Shown: piece by piece, positions 11,640-22,399 of the stretch
Position numbering within the stretch: position 1 is the first letter of the stretch
How the letters are laid out: each line of letters starts with the position of its first letter
Assembly: GCA_049999805.1 (NCBI GenBank)
Contig: JBNGIO010006108.1
Location: 1 to 46,684, forward strand
Length of the DNA: 46,684 bases
Direction of reading: 5' to 3'
Source: Folioceros fuciformis
Lineage: Eukaryota
Position numbers and translations under genes: made by a program
The notes under the pieces: model-generated
What the model was told of the DNA's origin: nothing
The model's input: the letters and a program-made list of their open reading frames with translations, nothing else
The model's database searches: none

Positions 11640-12665
11640 ATGGATTATGATTACATAGAGGATGACAGGCCACGCTTCCAGCTCGCGTCCGGGCCCGTCG
11701 CGTTGGCGGAAGAGAAGAAGGTGGACCTGAAGCAGGTGGCGGTGTGCTCGGCGCTCGCAATTGTGCTGTTAGGTTATGGCTGGATGGTCGGACGCAGTTT
11801 CGCTCAGTTCTTTGCCGTTTGGGTGGCTATTGCTTTCCTTGTTGGTCCTTTCGCCCCTGTGTCCTACACGGGAGGGGACTGGAGGGTGGGAGTAGGAGAG
11901 CTGCTTCCAGATGAGCAGATCGAGCCGCTTCTCGGTGACCCCGAAAAGCGGCAAGGTGGAAGACGGAGGCAGGACAGCGCGCTGATCAGGGTGCAGTCAA
12001 GGGAATGTCTACCATCAGCAGCGGTAGAGAAGCCCAAGGGGACCGCCGTGGACGAGGGCCTCGGCAAAGGCTCGTATGAAAGTGAACTTAGTGAGCCCGA
12101 GACTGTAGATACGGCGAGCGAAGCGGAATGGACTACCTCGGACTTCAGTCTGTTGAGGAAGCAGATGGCCAAACATCCGCGTGGAACAGGGAAGAGGTGG
12201 GAGGTGATCGCCGAGGTCTTTCAGGGTGCCCACAGCGTTGACAGTGTGATCAAGATGGCCAAGGCCCTGGGAGATCGGAAACCTGCTGACGATGATTCGT
12301 ATGCAAGATTCCTGGCTCAGAGGAAGGCCGGCCATGTGGCCATCTCTTCCCCCTTGAGCAAGAGGGAGGCCCAAGGCGTGCTCGGAACCATAGGCCTGTC
12401 GAATGGCGCATCAAACAGAGTCGTGGAAAACGGGGAGGAGGGTTCACATGCTGGACAGACGAAGACTTCGCTGTGGAGTGAAGCGGAGGATAAATACCTC
12501 CTCAAAGCTTTGAAAGAGTTTCCGAAGGACACTCCCATGAGGTGGGACAAGGTTGCAGCAGCAGTTGCTGGAAAATCGAAGGCCCAGTGCCTCAGACGGT
12601 TTGTCGAATTGCGTGACACTTATCGCAGCAAGAAAGGAGCTGACAGTCTTACAGAACTTGAGTGA
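11640..12665 (+). CDS. MAMYB: Membrane-anchored MYB/SANT protein (MAMYB-like), single exon
   Basis: N-terminal EDDRPRF, two hydrophobic segments, GPFAPxSxTGGDxRVGVGE motif, and two SANT repeats (WTTSDFSLLRKQMAKHPRGTGKRWEVIA and WSEAEDKYLLKALKEFPKDTPMRWDKVAAAVAGKSKAQC). Confidence 0.9.
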   Translation: MDYDYIEDDRPRFQLASGPVALAEEKKVDLKQVAVCSALAIVLLGYGWMVGRSFAQFFAVWVAIAFLVGPFAPVSYTGGDWRVGVGELLPDEQIEPLLGDPEKRQGGRRRQDSALIRVQSRECLPSAAVEKPKGTAVDEGLGKGSYESELSEPETVDTASEAEWTTSDFSLLRKQMAKHPRGTGKRWEVIAEVFQGAHSVDSVIKMAKALGDRKPADDDSYARFLAQRKAGHVAISSPLSKREAQGVLGTIGLSNGASNRVVENGEEGSHAGQTKTSLWSEAEDKYLLKALKEFPKDTPMRWDKVAAAVAGKSKAQCLRRFVELRDTYRSKKGADSLTELE

Positions 12666-12922
12666 TTCATGTCTAGGCTAGTTTGCAATTTGGGAAGAAA
12701 GTCCAAATGCGTTCTGCTGCTATCCGCTTAGAAACTCGTTGCTGAGCTACTTATTTTCCATCTTCACGCCTGACGTACTGTACGACAGGAATCTGCGTTG
12801 ATGTACCCACTGGCAAACTTCGGCAATGATGGTTCAGGAAAGCATAGTTTTCCAACGAATGCGTCTGTGGTCTCCGAAGATTTCCGCCTTCGCTTAAAAT
12901 TCCATTCCCAACCCACAAACTC

Positions 12923-14965
12923 TCAGCTGTGAACGTTGAAGGTTGTAAGCCTCGGAAACAATAGGAGCAAATCGTGTCGAGAACGTCTCTGGAGACGTTT
13001 CACCCTAGTTTGTTAGAACGGCCTTTATCATCGACAGGGAGCAAGAAAAATACTGGATGTACCAACCTTAATATTTGTGCAACCATTTACGTCCAGAGTT
13101 GTAAGAGACTGAGCACATGATCTCGAAAGTCTCGTAAGCGCATCATCCGTCACTCCAAGCAGACCATGCAGACTGAGGCAAAGAGGGACGTGAGAACCAA
13201 CCCTGCTGCTTTCAAATCCCTAACCAGCTTAGGAGAGTCAGTGCACATAAAACCCACACACCTCAGAAGCTCTAGAGATAGGGAGTTGTCGGCGAGTGCA
13301 AACATGCCAGTGTCCGTCGTCCTTACACACCTGTTCCACAGTGGAAAACCACATATCTGAACGCGTATCGTGTCCAGTTTCGTGCCAAGACTGAATCCAG
13401 GATGTTCAAGATAGACTCACCATGTCAAGTTCAAGGAAACCAGACTCCTGCATTTTGCGACTGCTTGGAGACCACGGTCGGTCAGATGCTGTAGGCAATC
13501 TTCGTTTAAGAACATTTCCGCCATGGCGAACCCCAAGCAAGAGATTGACTTCCTAAGGAGTTTACCTGGGCCCCACATAGATCCAACATTCTGAGGTCTT
13601 GCAACGTCGAAAGCCTCGTAAACGAGTTGTCTGTGAGACTGCAACATTCACATACATAATGAGGTTTGTCGCTTTCTTGAGAAACAACACCCAAGCCACT
13701 GGGCCTCAACAAGTGACCCACCTGGGAATAGCATAAAGATAGAGCTCTACAAGTTTCTGACAACTGCCCAAGAGCTGCAGTAATCCACCATCGGTCAACT
13801 TCACACACCTGCGAGCAGATGGGATTATCAAGCACAATACTGGCAAAAAGCAACGACACACCTTCATCAACAAGACTAACCTTGTCAGGTTCAGTTTTTT
13901 CATGCTTTTGCGGTGTTTTGCAATACAGCCCAAACTTGAATCCGTGATGTTCTGTGACGAAAAGCCAGGTTACAGCAGAGTACCAACGTTCGAACATGAC
14001 AAAGATGGCAGCCTCTTTAATACACTGTGGAAGGGGCACGCAGCAAACCTTGCAGCCGCTAAGATTCAAATTCGTGAGTCCTTGACAGTAAGTCAGAAGG
14101 GTCTCAACGGCACGGTCTGTAACTCTGGACAGTGCGAAAAATTAGCACAAATACCTTTCTTCTCCAAACCCAGCAAGCATGTAAGGAACAGCCTGGAAGA
14201 CTGGTCAACTAACTTCAAGTTCCAGTAGAGCGAAATCTCTTCCAGCCTGAAGAAGGATAAAGCCACCAGTTTAATGCCATCACCAGAGACTTTTTGGCAA
14301 GCATTAAGATTGAGTCGCCTCAAATCCTGCATCCAGCTCCACGAAGCTTTACGTCACCACAACGCCGAACTCCACACACTGCAGCTCAAACCAAATTACG
14401 GCATGGAGCTCAACTACCATGATTTAACCGTCAGAGGCGTCACCTGCAAACAGTACCTTGAAGGGCAGGTTCTTCAAATGGCTGTCCTCCAAGGTCTGGG
14501 CAAATTCAAGATTAAGCTCCTCCACATTCTGGTATCGTTCCTGATGCTCCAAATAAGCACAGCAATAAGAGACAGAGAAAATGCATCCAATCCGCACACT
14601 TTCCCAACCTGCCTGTGTTGCGACATACACACGGGACGGGGGGCTCGACCATACCAGAGTCTTCAATTCCTGCAGACGTTCTCCTGGATTCTTAATTCCC
14701 CTAAGATCCAGCGCCTGCATTATGAAATCTCCGCAGAGTATCAGCCCTTTCCGCCGGCCAAATTTCAAATTCTGGACACAGAACGGCCTCCGACGGGTAC
14801 CTTCCACAAGGGCGAGTATGCAGACAAAAGGTTGCGGCAAGCCGTGCTGACACACAGCAAGGCGCAGACTTCACGCTGGGATAGATGAGAGGTCACCAGC
14901 TTTAGAACCTCGGGAAACACAACCCCGGACCATCGACGCTCCAGCTCCTCCTGCGCCATCTCCAT
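12923..14965 (-). CDS. F-box/LRR-repeat protein (FBXL type, At3g58530-like), ~12 exons
   Basis: F-box-like exon WSGVVFPEVLKLVTSHLSQREVCALLCVS..LWK. LRR exons LNLEFAQ, LNLNACQKVS, ISLYWNLK|VTD, LNLSGCK|NITD, LNLTR|CVKLTDGGL, LDLCGAQ, LNLTW|CV, LDVNGC. C-terminus LFPRLTTFNVHS* with stop at 12923-12925. Confidence 0.9.
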
Positions 14966-15152
14966 CTCTACCTGTAGCGCAACTTGGCGTACTCCAAGTT
15001 GATGACATATACTATATTGAGAATACACTGAGCTTGCCCAAAACCTAGAAAACAGAAACCTATATATACTGTACTTCGCCCAATCCTTTATATGCTTACT
15101 GGCCTTTCAACGGATCGTCCTCTGTCGGGTGCAGACGCTCCTTCACCGCAGG
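14966..15152. promoter_or_regulatory. Candidate bidirectional promoter between F-box and RPC6
   Basis: 187 bp between divergent ATGs. TATATATA at 15061-15068, GCCCAA site-II-like motifs at 15036 and 15078, and a telo-box-like AAACCTAG at ~15041. Confidence 0.5.
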
Positions 15153-17020
15153 ATGGCGGCAGTGGCTCTAGGAGCTGCGCAAAACCTCATCCTTCAGCTT
15201 TGTCGAGCTCATCCAACTGTGAGATCCCTACCGGAGTGGGATCATGCCTTCTACATGTTCTTCGAGGAGCTTATTGGGCGTGTTGAAAATCATGCAGGGA
15301 CTTCCGGAGAAACTCTTGCACGAGGAGTGTCAAGATGTCGACGTGAACCTCCGGGGCGAGGCCTTGAACGCGTTACTGCAGCAGGTACGTGCTGAATTGC
15401 GTCTTCCATGTCTGTCGGACTTTGCCCGTTTCAGAGACCTCTTGAGGTTGATTTTTTCTTGTGCAGGGTCGTTTGCAAGTTTACAGGCATAATGATCAAC
15501 TGTATTGGAAGGAGCAGACCAAGGAGCAGGCTGATAAGTGAGGATTTTGAAAGTTAGACTATTTGCCATGTCCCGGTATCTTAATTAGCGTTCAAGGAAT
15601 GCTCAGGTCTGTTTGTTTGTAAACGTCTGGGTGTGCTTTTCAGGTTGAAGGGCCTGACTCCGGAGGATAGGCTTGTGTTGCAAGTAATCGAGCAAGCTGG
15701 AAATATGGGTTAGTGTATGACATGTGCTGGATGGGGATGTGAAGCTGAATGCGTAGGTTGAGGGTTGCACTTATGGTAGGGGTCTTGCAATTGCAGGTAT
15801 TTGGACTAAGGATATGAAGTTTAAAACTGGCATCAAGTCACAGCCAAACATCAACAAGGCCATAAAGAACTTGGAGAGTCGTAACTTGATAAAGGCCGTG
15901 AAGTCTGTAGCCGTATGGCCGTTGTTTGTTTTTGGCTTTTGAGTGATGCGTTGTTCCGCTGCAGAAAATTGGGAAGCTATTCTCGAGCTTTCTAAAGATG
16001 CTGTTTGTTACCTCGCTTCAGGTCGATCGGGCTGTTGAGTTGTCTCTCCATCGTCACCGATTGAACTGATGACTGATCGACGTTTCCCAATGGCCAGGTA
16101 AAGAATCGAAAGGTGTACATGCTATTCGACTTAGAGCCTGCGCGTGAGATAACTGGTGGTGCCTGGTATTCAGACCAGGAGTTTGACACAGAATTTGTCA
16201 CTATTCTGAAGCAGCAATGTCTCCAAGTCCTTCACAAGCAGGTTACAGCCATTCTCAGTTACTATCTGGACTCGAGTGGGTTCTTTCTATCTTTTTGAGG
16301 AAAGCGGCATGTGCATGAGATTCTGAGCATCCGGTTGTTGTCCTTGTTGCTCAGGATCTTGCCACATTGGAAAAAGTGGCTGAGTCTGTGCGCAACTCAG
16401 GTGTTACAAGAGAGGAGCTAGGCCTGCAGGAATACAAGCAGGTGAGGCACTTCCTCAATTGGTCACATGATAATACCGGGTATCGTAATGTCTACTAATC
16501 TCTGTGGTTGCATCTACAGATTATGGACATGCTTGTGCTGGACGGGGATGTGGAGCAAGTTGTGAGCACAGGGGCGGGAGTGTTCGCTGCGTTCCCTGCG
16601 GTTAGTTTCTTTTTTACAGAGTATTTGGTGGTCATAAGAGAGGTTCAGGGTATCAGTTGTTGATGTTTGCTGTAGCAGGAGACAATCTGTTACAGGGCTT
16701 CGAAGGTTAAGATATCAGAAACGTCCCCATTCACCAACATCCCTTGCGGAGTGTGCAAAGTAAGCGCTGCAGTAGCGACTTCAATTAGAGCATCACTGCC
16801 TCCCACATGAAAAAGAAGTGTTCAATGTGTTTAATATTGTCTGTGTAAATGTGTTTTGGAACACTATCTTGCCGGACGCTGTTTTGGGCCACGCATTGTT
16901 AGCTTGTACTCATTTGTCCAGCCGAATGGCTGCGTGTGGCAGGTTTTACATCTTTGCTCTGATGGTGGAGTAATCTCTCCGCAAACATGTGTCTACTACC
17001 AGGAATGGCTTGATTTTTGA
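15153..17020 (+). CDS. RPC6: DNA-directed RNA polymerase III subunit RPC6 (RPC34/POLR3F), ~10 exons
   Basis: Spliced product includes LKGLTPEDRLVLQVIEQAGNMGIWTKDMK, LESRNLIKAVKSV, NRKVYMLFDLEPAREITGGAWY and the Cys-rich C-terminus PCGVCKV..LC....ISPQTCVYYQEWLDF*. TGA at 17018-17020. Confidence 0.95.
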
Positions 17021-17336
17021 TCATAATGAAGCAGCACAGAATGGGGAAGGCAGTCTTCCTCTCAAAAGGGATTCTCCTCTGAAAGGGTACTCGAGACGTG
17101 AGGAAGTGTAGCCAATACCCATTACCTTCTTCCGCATGAAAGTGGAGCGGACAAGTTGGTGAAAGCTGCCGACTGTCATTGCTCGTGGCTTTAATGCATT
17201 CCATGTCCTCTTTGAGGTCCGTTACAATGATTTCCAAGCAAGACAGGTGTATATATGCGATTGCGCGTGCGAGCTGCAGCAAGGATGCGCAATGCATTGT
17301 GCATCTTAATTTCTTCCACCACTTGCAAGCTGGTTG

Positions 17337-19940
17337 CTACGACCAAGACGGCGATGAGTGCGCTTGTCGTTTTGGAGGCGTTATCCAGCAAGCATCAAGC
17401 GTGGGGTGCTGGTAAGAACTCTGGGCAATTGGCACTCTCGTCTCCTTGAGCTGTGCAGTCAATTCCAGAAGGAGCAAGTAAAGCTCTGCCTGTTCACGGC
17501 TCTTTTCACCAGCGAGGAACATTTTCACCTTGGGCCCATGCTCAATCCAGCTTTGGCCTGGCTGCTTCCATTCCACGGCTTTCTGTCGCGAGTCGTCCAC
17601 CTCCAGTGCAAGGTTTTGCATGCCGGCATCCGCATAGATGCTGGACATGAGAATGTAGGCCGCTGCGTGCTTCGGGTCTAAACCCACAGCAGCATCGAAG
17701 GCTTTCCTACCAACTACGACGTCACCATGCTTTCGGCAGGCTCCTAACAAACACAACCACAGTGGCAGATCAGGCTGCATTGGCATGCTTTGGATGAGCT
17801 GTTCAGCCCTGCTCAGAAAGCCTGCTCGGCCAACTAGATCAATTACACAAGCATAATGCTCCAGCGCTGCTGGGATCTCATGATCTCTGCTCATGCTTTC
17901 GAAGTACTCCAACCCCCTGTCCACCCTGCCGCCGTGAGTACACGCAGTTAGCAGAGCCATAAAAGTGACTGCGTTTGGTTTCATGCCAGCAGAGCACATA
18001 TCTTGGTAGCACTGCACACCCTTGGCAAAATCTCCTAACCTCGCATGTCCAGCCAACAGTGCATTCCATGAAACCACGTCCGGCCGCAGAATAGAATCAA
18101 ACACCCGCTGGGCGTCCGCCATGCTTCCACATTTGCCATAGGCATGAATCAGGCTGGTGGCTAGAGAGAGTCTGCCCTCCAAACCACTCGCCACAACAGT
18201 CTCGTGTGTTCGCAGACAGATGTCTAAGGCTCCTGTGAGACTGCATGCTTCCAGCACAGAGAGGAGTGTAGCCTCATTCGGGCTCACACCCACTGCCTGC
18301 ATCTGGCTGTATAACGCCAACGCCTTCTCTCCCTGCCCTTGCTGAGTGTACGCTGCAATCATGACAGTCCACGATACAACATTGGTGCGGGGTAGTCTGT
18401 CGAACACCTGTTCTGCATCCTTGATGCTCCCACACTTGGCATACATGTTGACCAACGAGCTACCAACAAATGCATCTGAATCGAAACCCCTCTCCGTAAC
18501 GCCAGCATGTAGTTCTCGTCCCTTCAGCAGGGACTTGAGCTTCACCTTCCGCCCATCTATCAACGCACTTTCCTCATTTTCTGCAAGGCTGCAGCAAGCC
18601 TGTAGAGCAGCGACAAAGGTCCGTGAGTTCGGGCTGACACCTTCGTTTCGCATCTGCTGGTACATCTGCAAGGCATTTGCTCCTTGTTCCTGCTGGGCAA
18701 ACGCTGTGATCATGCTAGTCCATGACACCACATTGCGTTGAGACAACTGGTCAAACACACGTTCTGCTTCCTTGATGCTCCCGCACCTGCCATACATACT
18801 GACCAAAGTACTACCCACGAAGATGTTGGATGCAAAACCCCTCTCCTCAGCTTCAGCATGTAGCTCCCTCCCCTTCTTCAGTGCCTCCACCTTCAGTGTC
18901 CTCCAAGCGACCTCCGAGCTCTTCTCCCGGTCTGCAATGCTGCCGCATGCTTGAAGCACGCTCACAAACGTCCGTGCATCAGGCTCCATCCCTTCACCCT
19001 GCATCTGCTCGTACATGTTCAAGGCCTTTTCTCCTTCCTCCTGCCGAGCATACGCTGCAAGCATGGCGTTCCATGCCACAATATCCCGCCTGGACAACCC
19101 ATCGAACACCTGCTCGGCTTCCAAGATGCTCCCACACTTAGCATACATGCTCAACAACGTGTTGCCCACAAAGTCATCCGACTCAAACCCGCACCTCGCA
19201 GCATGGACGTGAACCCGCTTCCCCCTGTCCAAATCTTGCAACCTGCCGCAAGCTTTCAGCACGGCAACAAACGTGTAATTGTCAGGCTGCACTCCTTCCT
19301 GCAGCATCTGGTCGTACAAGGACACAGCCTCCTGGCATCGTCCGGCATCGCTATATCCTGAAATAATAGCCGTCCAAGAAAAAACAGTTCGGTGAGGCAA
19401 GGTGTGGAACAACTGGACAGCGTCTGGTAAGCTCCCACAGCTCACAAACGTGGTGACCATGAGGTCCCCCAGAACTGCGTGGGACTCCAACCACCCACAT
19501 TCTGCCAAAAGAGCATGTACCTGCTTGGCCTGGGACAGGGCTTTGGCCTTCCGCCTCTTGCATGCCTGCAACAGGCTCTTGAACATGTGCACCACTTGCT
19601 GGTGCTGGTGTTGTTCCATCCTGAGCAGCACAGCCAGTGCTTCGTCTACCCGCCCTACCCTGCACAACGTTTGGAACCCGGAAACGTGCGTTTCTCCATA
19701 GGTGAAGCTGCAGGTCGTGCTAAGCAAAGAAGAGGAAGAGGAAGAGGAAGAGGAAAGGGAAGAGGAAGAGGAAGAGGAAAAGGAGGAGGAAGAGGAAGAG
19801 GAAAAGGAAGAGGAAGAGGACGAGGAAGAGGAAGAGGAAGAAGAAGAAGAAGAGGAAGAGAATGTGAATCTGGTGACGCTGCTGCAGTAAGGCTGGCTTG
19901 CTTGGGATCCGGCCAATACCCCCACCTCGCTCAACCACAT
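17337..19940 (-). CDS. PLS-class pentatricopeptide repeat protein with E/E+ extension and no intact DYW (probable organellar RNA-editing factor), intronless
   Basis: 867-aa ORF with P-L-S triplets (VSWTAIISGY, TFVAVLKAC, FVGNTLLSMYAKCGS), HYACVIDLVGRAG, WLCLLGACRKHG, AAYILMSSIY and the PG box QPGQSWIE. Ser-rich N-terminus resembles a targeting peptide. Confidence 0.96.
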   Translation of the reverse strand: MWLSEVGVLAGSQASQPYCSSVTRFTFSSSSSSSSSSSSSSSSSSFSSSSSSSFSSSSSSSLSSSSSSSSSLLSTTCSFTYGETHVSGFQTLCRVGRVDEALAVLLRMEQHQHQQVVHMFKSLLQACKRRKAKALSQAKQVHALLAECGWLESHAVLGDLMVTTFVSCGSLPDAVQLFHTLPHRTVFSWTAIISGYSDAGRCQEAVSLYDQMLQEGVQPDNYTFVAVLKACGRLQDLDRGKRVHVHAARCGFESDDFVGNTLLSMYAKCGSILEAEQVFDGLSRRDIVAWNAMLAAYARQEEGEKALNMYEQMQGEGMEPDARTFVSVLQACGSIADREKSSEVAWRTLKVEALKKGRELHAEAEERGFASNIFVGSTLVSMYGRCGSIKEAERVFDQLSQRNVVSWTSMITAFAQQEQGANALQMYQQMRNEGVSPNSRTFVAALQACCSLAENEESALIDGRKVKLKSLLKGRELHAGVTERGFDSDAFVGSSLVNMYAKCGSIKDAEQVFDRLPRTNVVSWTVMIAAYTQQGQGEKALALYSQMQAVGVSPNEATLLSVLEACSLTGALDICLRTHETVVASGLEGRLSLATSLIHAYGKCGSMADAQRVFDSILRPDVVSWNALLAGHARLGDFAKGVQCYQDMCSAGMKPNAVTFMALLTACTHGGRVDRGLEYFESMSRDHEIPAALEHYACVIDLVGRAGFLSRAEQLIQSMPMQPDLPLWLCLLGACRKHGDVVVGRKAFDAAVGLDPKHAAAYILMSSIYADAGMQNLALEVDDSRQKAVEWKQPGQSWIEHGPKVKMFLAGEKSREQAELYLLLLELTAQLKETRVPIAQSSYQHPTLDACWITPPKRQAHSSPSWS
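19727..19860. repeat. (GAAGAG)n purine microsatellite encoding poly-Ser in the PPR N-terminus
   Basis: About 130 bp of gaagag/gaa units, which read as a Ser run of about 40 residues on the minus strand. Confidence 0.92.
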
Positions 19941-20377
19941 GATGGGCGGATGCTCTTGGGCTGCAGCAGTGAATGAATTGGAGGATGATGGATGCAGAGC
20001 CCGTAACTAGACCCCAATGCAAGAAGCCGGATCCCGTCATGGGTTGTTACACGCCTCTCGAGGCATGAAATCGACGGAACCGTAACCTTTTTTTTTCCGC
20101 TAAAGTGCTGAAATTAGGGGGCCTGCGTGAACGTGTTAGGGGCCATCCGAGGAAGTTGAACGCATAACTAACATAGGTCTGTCAGCTGCGGGACAGTGTG
20201 AAGGCAGGAGATGCAAACAAGTGGGTGAAAACCCAGTCGTGGAATGGGAGCAGGTGGCATCTGATTGGGCTGGCTGGTGGCAAGCAATCACCAGGGTGCG
20301 GGAAGTGTTTGTGGGCGATAGGATGTTGCAGGAGAAAGTGAGGCAATCGTAGCTCAGACCATATCCGAGTGGAATGT

Positions 20378-22399
20378 ATGTCAGGAAGAAAATGTGATCT
20401 GGTGTGTGGAGGTGGGAATCAGGATCAGCAGGGGGGCACGCACATTGATGAATTGGGCATCGGAAAGATTGCAGGAGATTACCAGATGTTCGACAAAGAG
20501 CAGCGAGGGGGCGGCTCTGTCTTATGGTGGTCCTCGTGCCATCATCTCCACGTGCGCGAAAGCGAGCAGAAGAGCATCCCGCCCTTCTGCCCGCAATTAC
20601 CGTGCCCGGGGACCCAATTATCGTGCAGGAACATCTTGGAGCCTCCGGCGCAGCAGCAGCAGTCGCAGTCGGAGGAGCGATTGGACATTTGCGATAGCAG
20701 GGAGGTGTCAGCAGCATGGGATGAAGCTCCTCCGGGCATGGGGGAGAACACTGGAGAAACAGTGGTGGACTGCAAGGCCAGCAACACAGCTTGGAGCAGC
20801 ACTGCCGACAGCATCGCTGGCTCTGTGTCTGCACAAGATGCGTTCCACGAAGGATATGCCGTCGAGGGGCTCAGAGGATTAAGCGTGGATACAGAAGGAC
20901 GGTCTCGCTACACGCTGCGGAGTAACCCTAAGCGAAGCTGGCGGCTGAGAGATCAGGAATTCTGCGTTGAAGGAGGATCTGCTGGCTCGGTTGTGGTGGC
21001 TGAGACGTTTAACGTGTCTTTTCTGTCTCTGCCTGCTATTGCACCTGCGGCTATTGTAAGGAAGGCCACTGCCAGCTGCAAGATAGCAGAGGAGAAGCCT
21101 GAGAAGCACACCTGTACTGAGTGTGGCAGAGAGTTTCCATCTTGCAAGGCACTCTTTGGGCACATGAGATGCCACCCTGAGCGGGAGTGGAGGGGAATAC
21201 AGAGGCCTGAGGGCCTGTCGTTGCAACAGCGTGCGGGTGCGGGTTCGGGTGGGGATGTGAGAATCAATGCTGACCTGCAAACTTCCATGCACAGGAAGAA
21301 GGCTCGTGGCAAGATCGACTCCAGCCCTGTTGGCATTGGGGAGCCGTCCGAGGACCATGACATGATTGAGAGTCTGCTCATGCTGGCTCGAGCTGGAAGT
21401 GGGAGGCATGTGGAGCAGGTCAGCAGCAAAGGTACACTGGTGGGGAAGATGATGGAGAAGCAGCATGAAGCCCATGCTCTCAACAGCAAAGGCAGGCTGG
21501 AGGGCAGCAGCAAGATGAAGGGGAAGCTGGTGAACGAATGTGGGGCTGCTCAAAAGCCACCAAGTGTGAGAGATGGGAATATGGACGGCGGGGAGTCCAC
21601 TAGGACTTCCAGCACACGGTGGGAGGGACATCCGGAGGATGGTGGCCACAGTGAATCTGACTGGAGTGAGGCTGATGTGCACTTCACCTCAACTCTGGGG
21701 GGACGGAATGTGGACTTGAAGCTGGACGGGGTGATCCAGAGTGGGAACACTTTAGGTAAGGAGCAAATGATGGAGGCGGCATCTGGTGCCTGTGTCCCCT
21801 CTCACCACAAGTACGAGTGTTTGACGTGCAACATAATTTTCAAGTCCTACCAGTCTCTAGGAGGGCACAGAGCCAGTCACAAGAAGGTAAAGGGGTGTTT
21901 TGCCAGGAACCATTCCAAGGGGGGTGGATGTATGAGTCTAAACTATGCGCAAGATGGGTTAGTGAACCAAGATGGGATGAAGAGCAGCGACGCAATCCAA
22001 AAGGCATCCGATTGTCAAGTCGCTTCAAGGTGTGAGCTCAAGACAAAACGATGCTGCGTAGGCGTGGCTGATGTAGCAGACGATTTTGAGAGGGAGAATT
22101 TCGACAAGCAGCAGCCCACATTCGCAAAGAAGGTAGATGGCTGCCATGAGTGCTCTGTCTGCCACCGTGTCTTTGCATCAGGGCCTGCTCTCGGTGGTCA
22201 CAAGAGGTGTCACTGGGGAGGTGCGGGAGTTTTGGAGGCTTCTGGCAAGGCCAGTAATAGCGAGCAACAACCATCTGTGACTCCACAAGGTATTGTGGAA
22301 GCCAAGTCTACGGTGGTAAATTTGCCTACATTTCCATGTCCCAGTCACATTTATCTCCTCCCCATGGGTGTGCCTATTTTTAATTGTGTCTTTTGGTAA
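20378..22399 (+). CDS. C2H2 zinc-finger transcription factor, DAZ1/DAZ2 (ZAT2/3)-like, three fingers
   Basis: YTLRSNPKRSWR motif. Finger 1 CTECGREFPSCKALFGHMRCHPEREWRGI, finger 2 YECLTCNIIFKSYQSLGGHRASHKKVKGCFA, finger 3 HECSVCHRVFASGPALGGHKRCHW. First in-frame ATG at 20378. The true start and a possible 3' intron are uncertain. Confidence 0.85.
   Translation: MSGRKCDLVCGGGNQDQQGGTHIDELGIGKIAGDYQMFDKEQRGGGSVLWWSSCHHLHVRESEQKSIPPFCPQLPCPGTQLSCRNILEPPAQQQQSQSEERLDICDSREVSAAWDEAPPGMGENTGETVVDCKASNTAWSSTADSIAGSVSAQDAFHEGYAVEGLRGLSVDTEGRSRYTLRSNPKRSWRLRDQEFCVEGGSAGSVVVAETFNVSFLSLPAIAPAAIVRKATASCKIAEEKPEKHTCTECGREFPSCKALFGHMRCHPEREWRGIQRPEGLSLQQRAGAGSGGDVRINADLQTSMHRKKARGKIDSSPVGIGEPSEDHDMIESLLMLARAGSGRHVEQVSSKGTLVGKMMEKQHEAHALNSKGRLEGSSKMKGKLVNECGAAQKPPSVRDGNMDGGESTRTSSTRWEGHPEDGGHSESDWSEADVHFTSTLGGRNVDLKLDGVIQSGNTLGKEQMMEAASGACVPSHHKYECLTCNIIFKSYQSLGGHRASHKKVKGCFARNHSKGGGCMSLNYAQDGLVNQDGMKSSDAIQKASDCQVASRCELKTKRCCVGVADVADDFERENFDKQQPTFAKKVDGCHECSVCHRVFASGPALGGHKRCHWGGAGVLEASGKASNSEQQPSVTPQGIVEAKSTVVNLPTFPCPSHIYLLPMGVPIFNCVFW

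Noticed and set aside
19479-20040. Poly-Glu, RG-repeat and FL-repeat ORFs over the microsatellite
   Set aside because: These are alternative frames of the (GAAGAG)n tract that encodes poly-Ser in the PPR.
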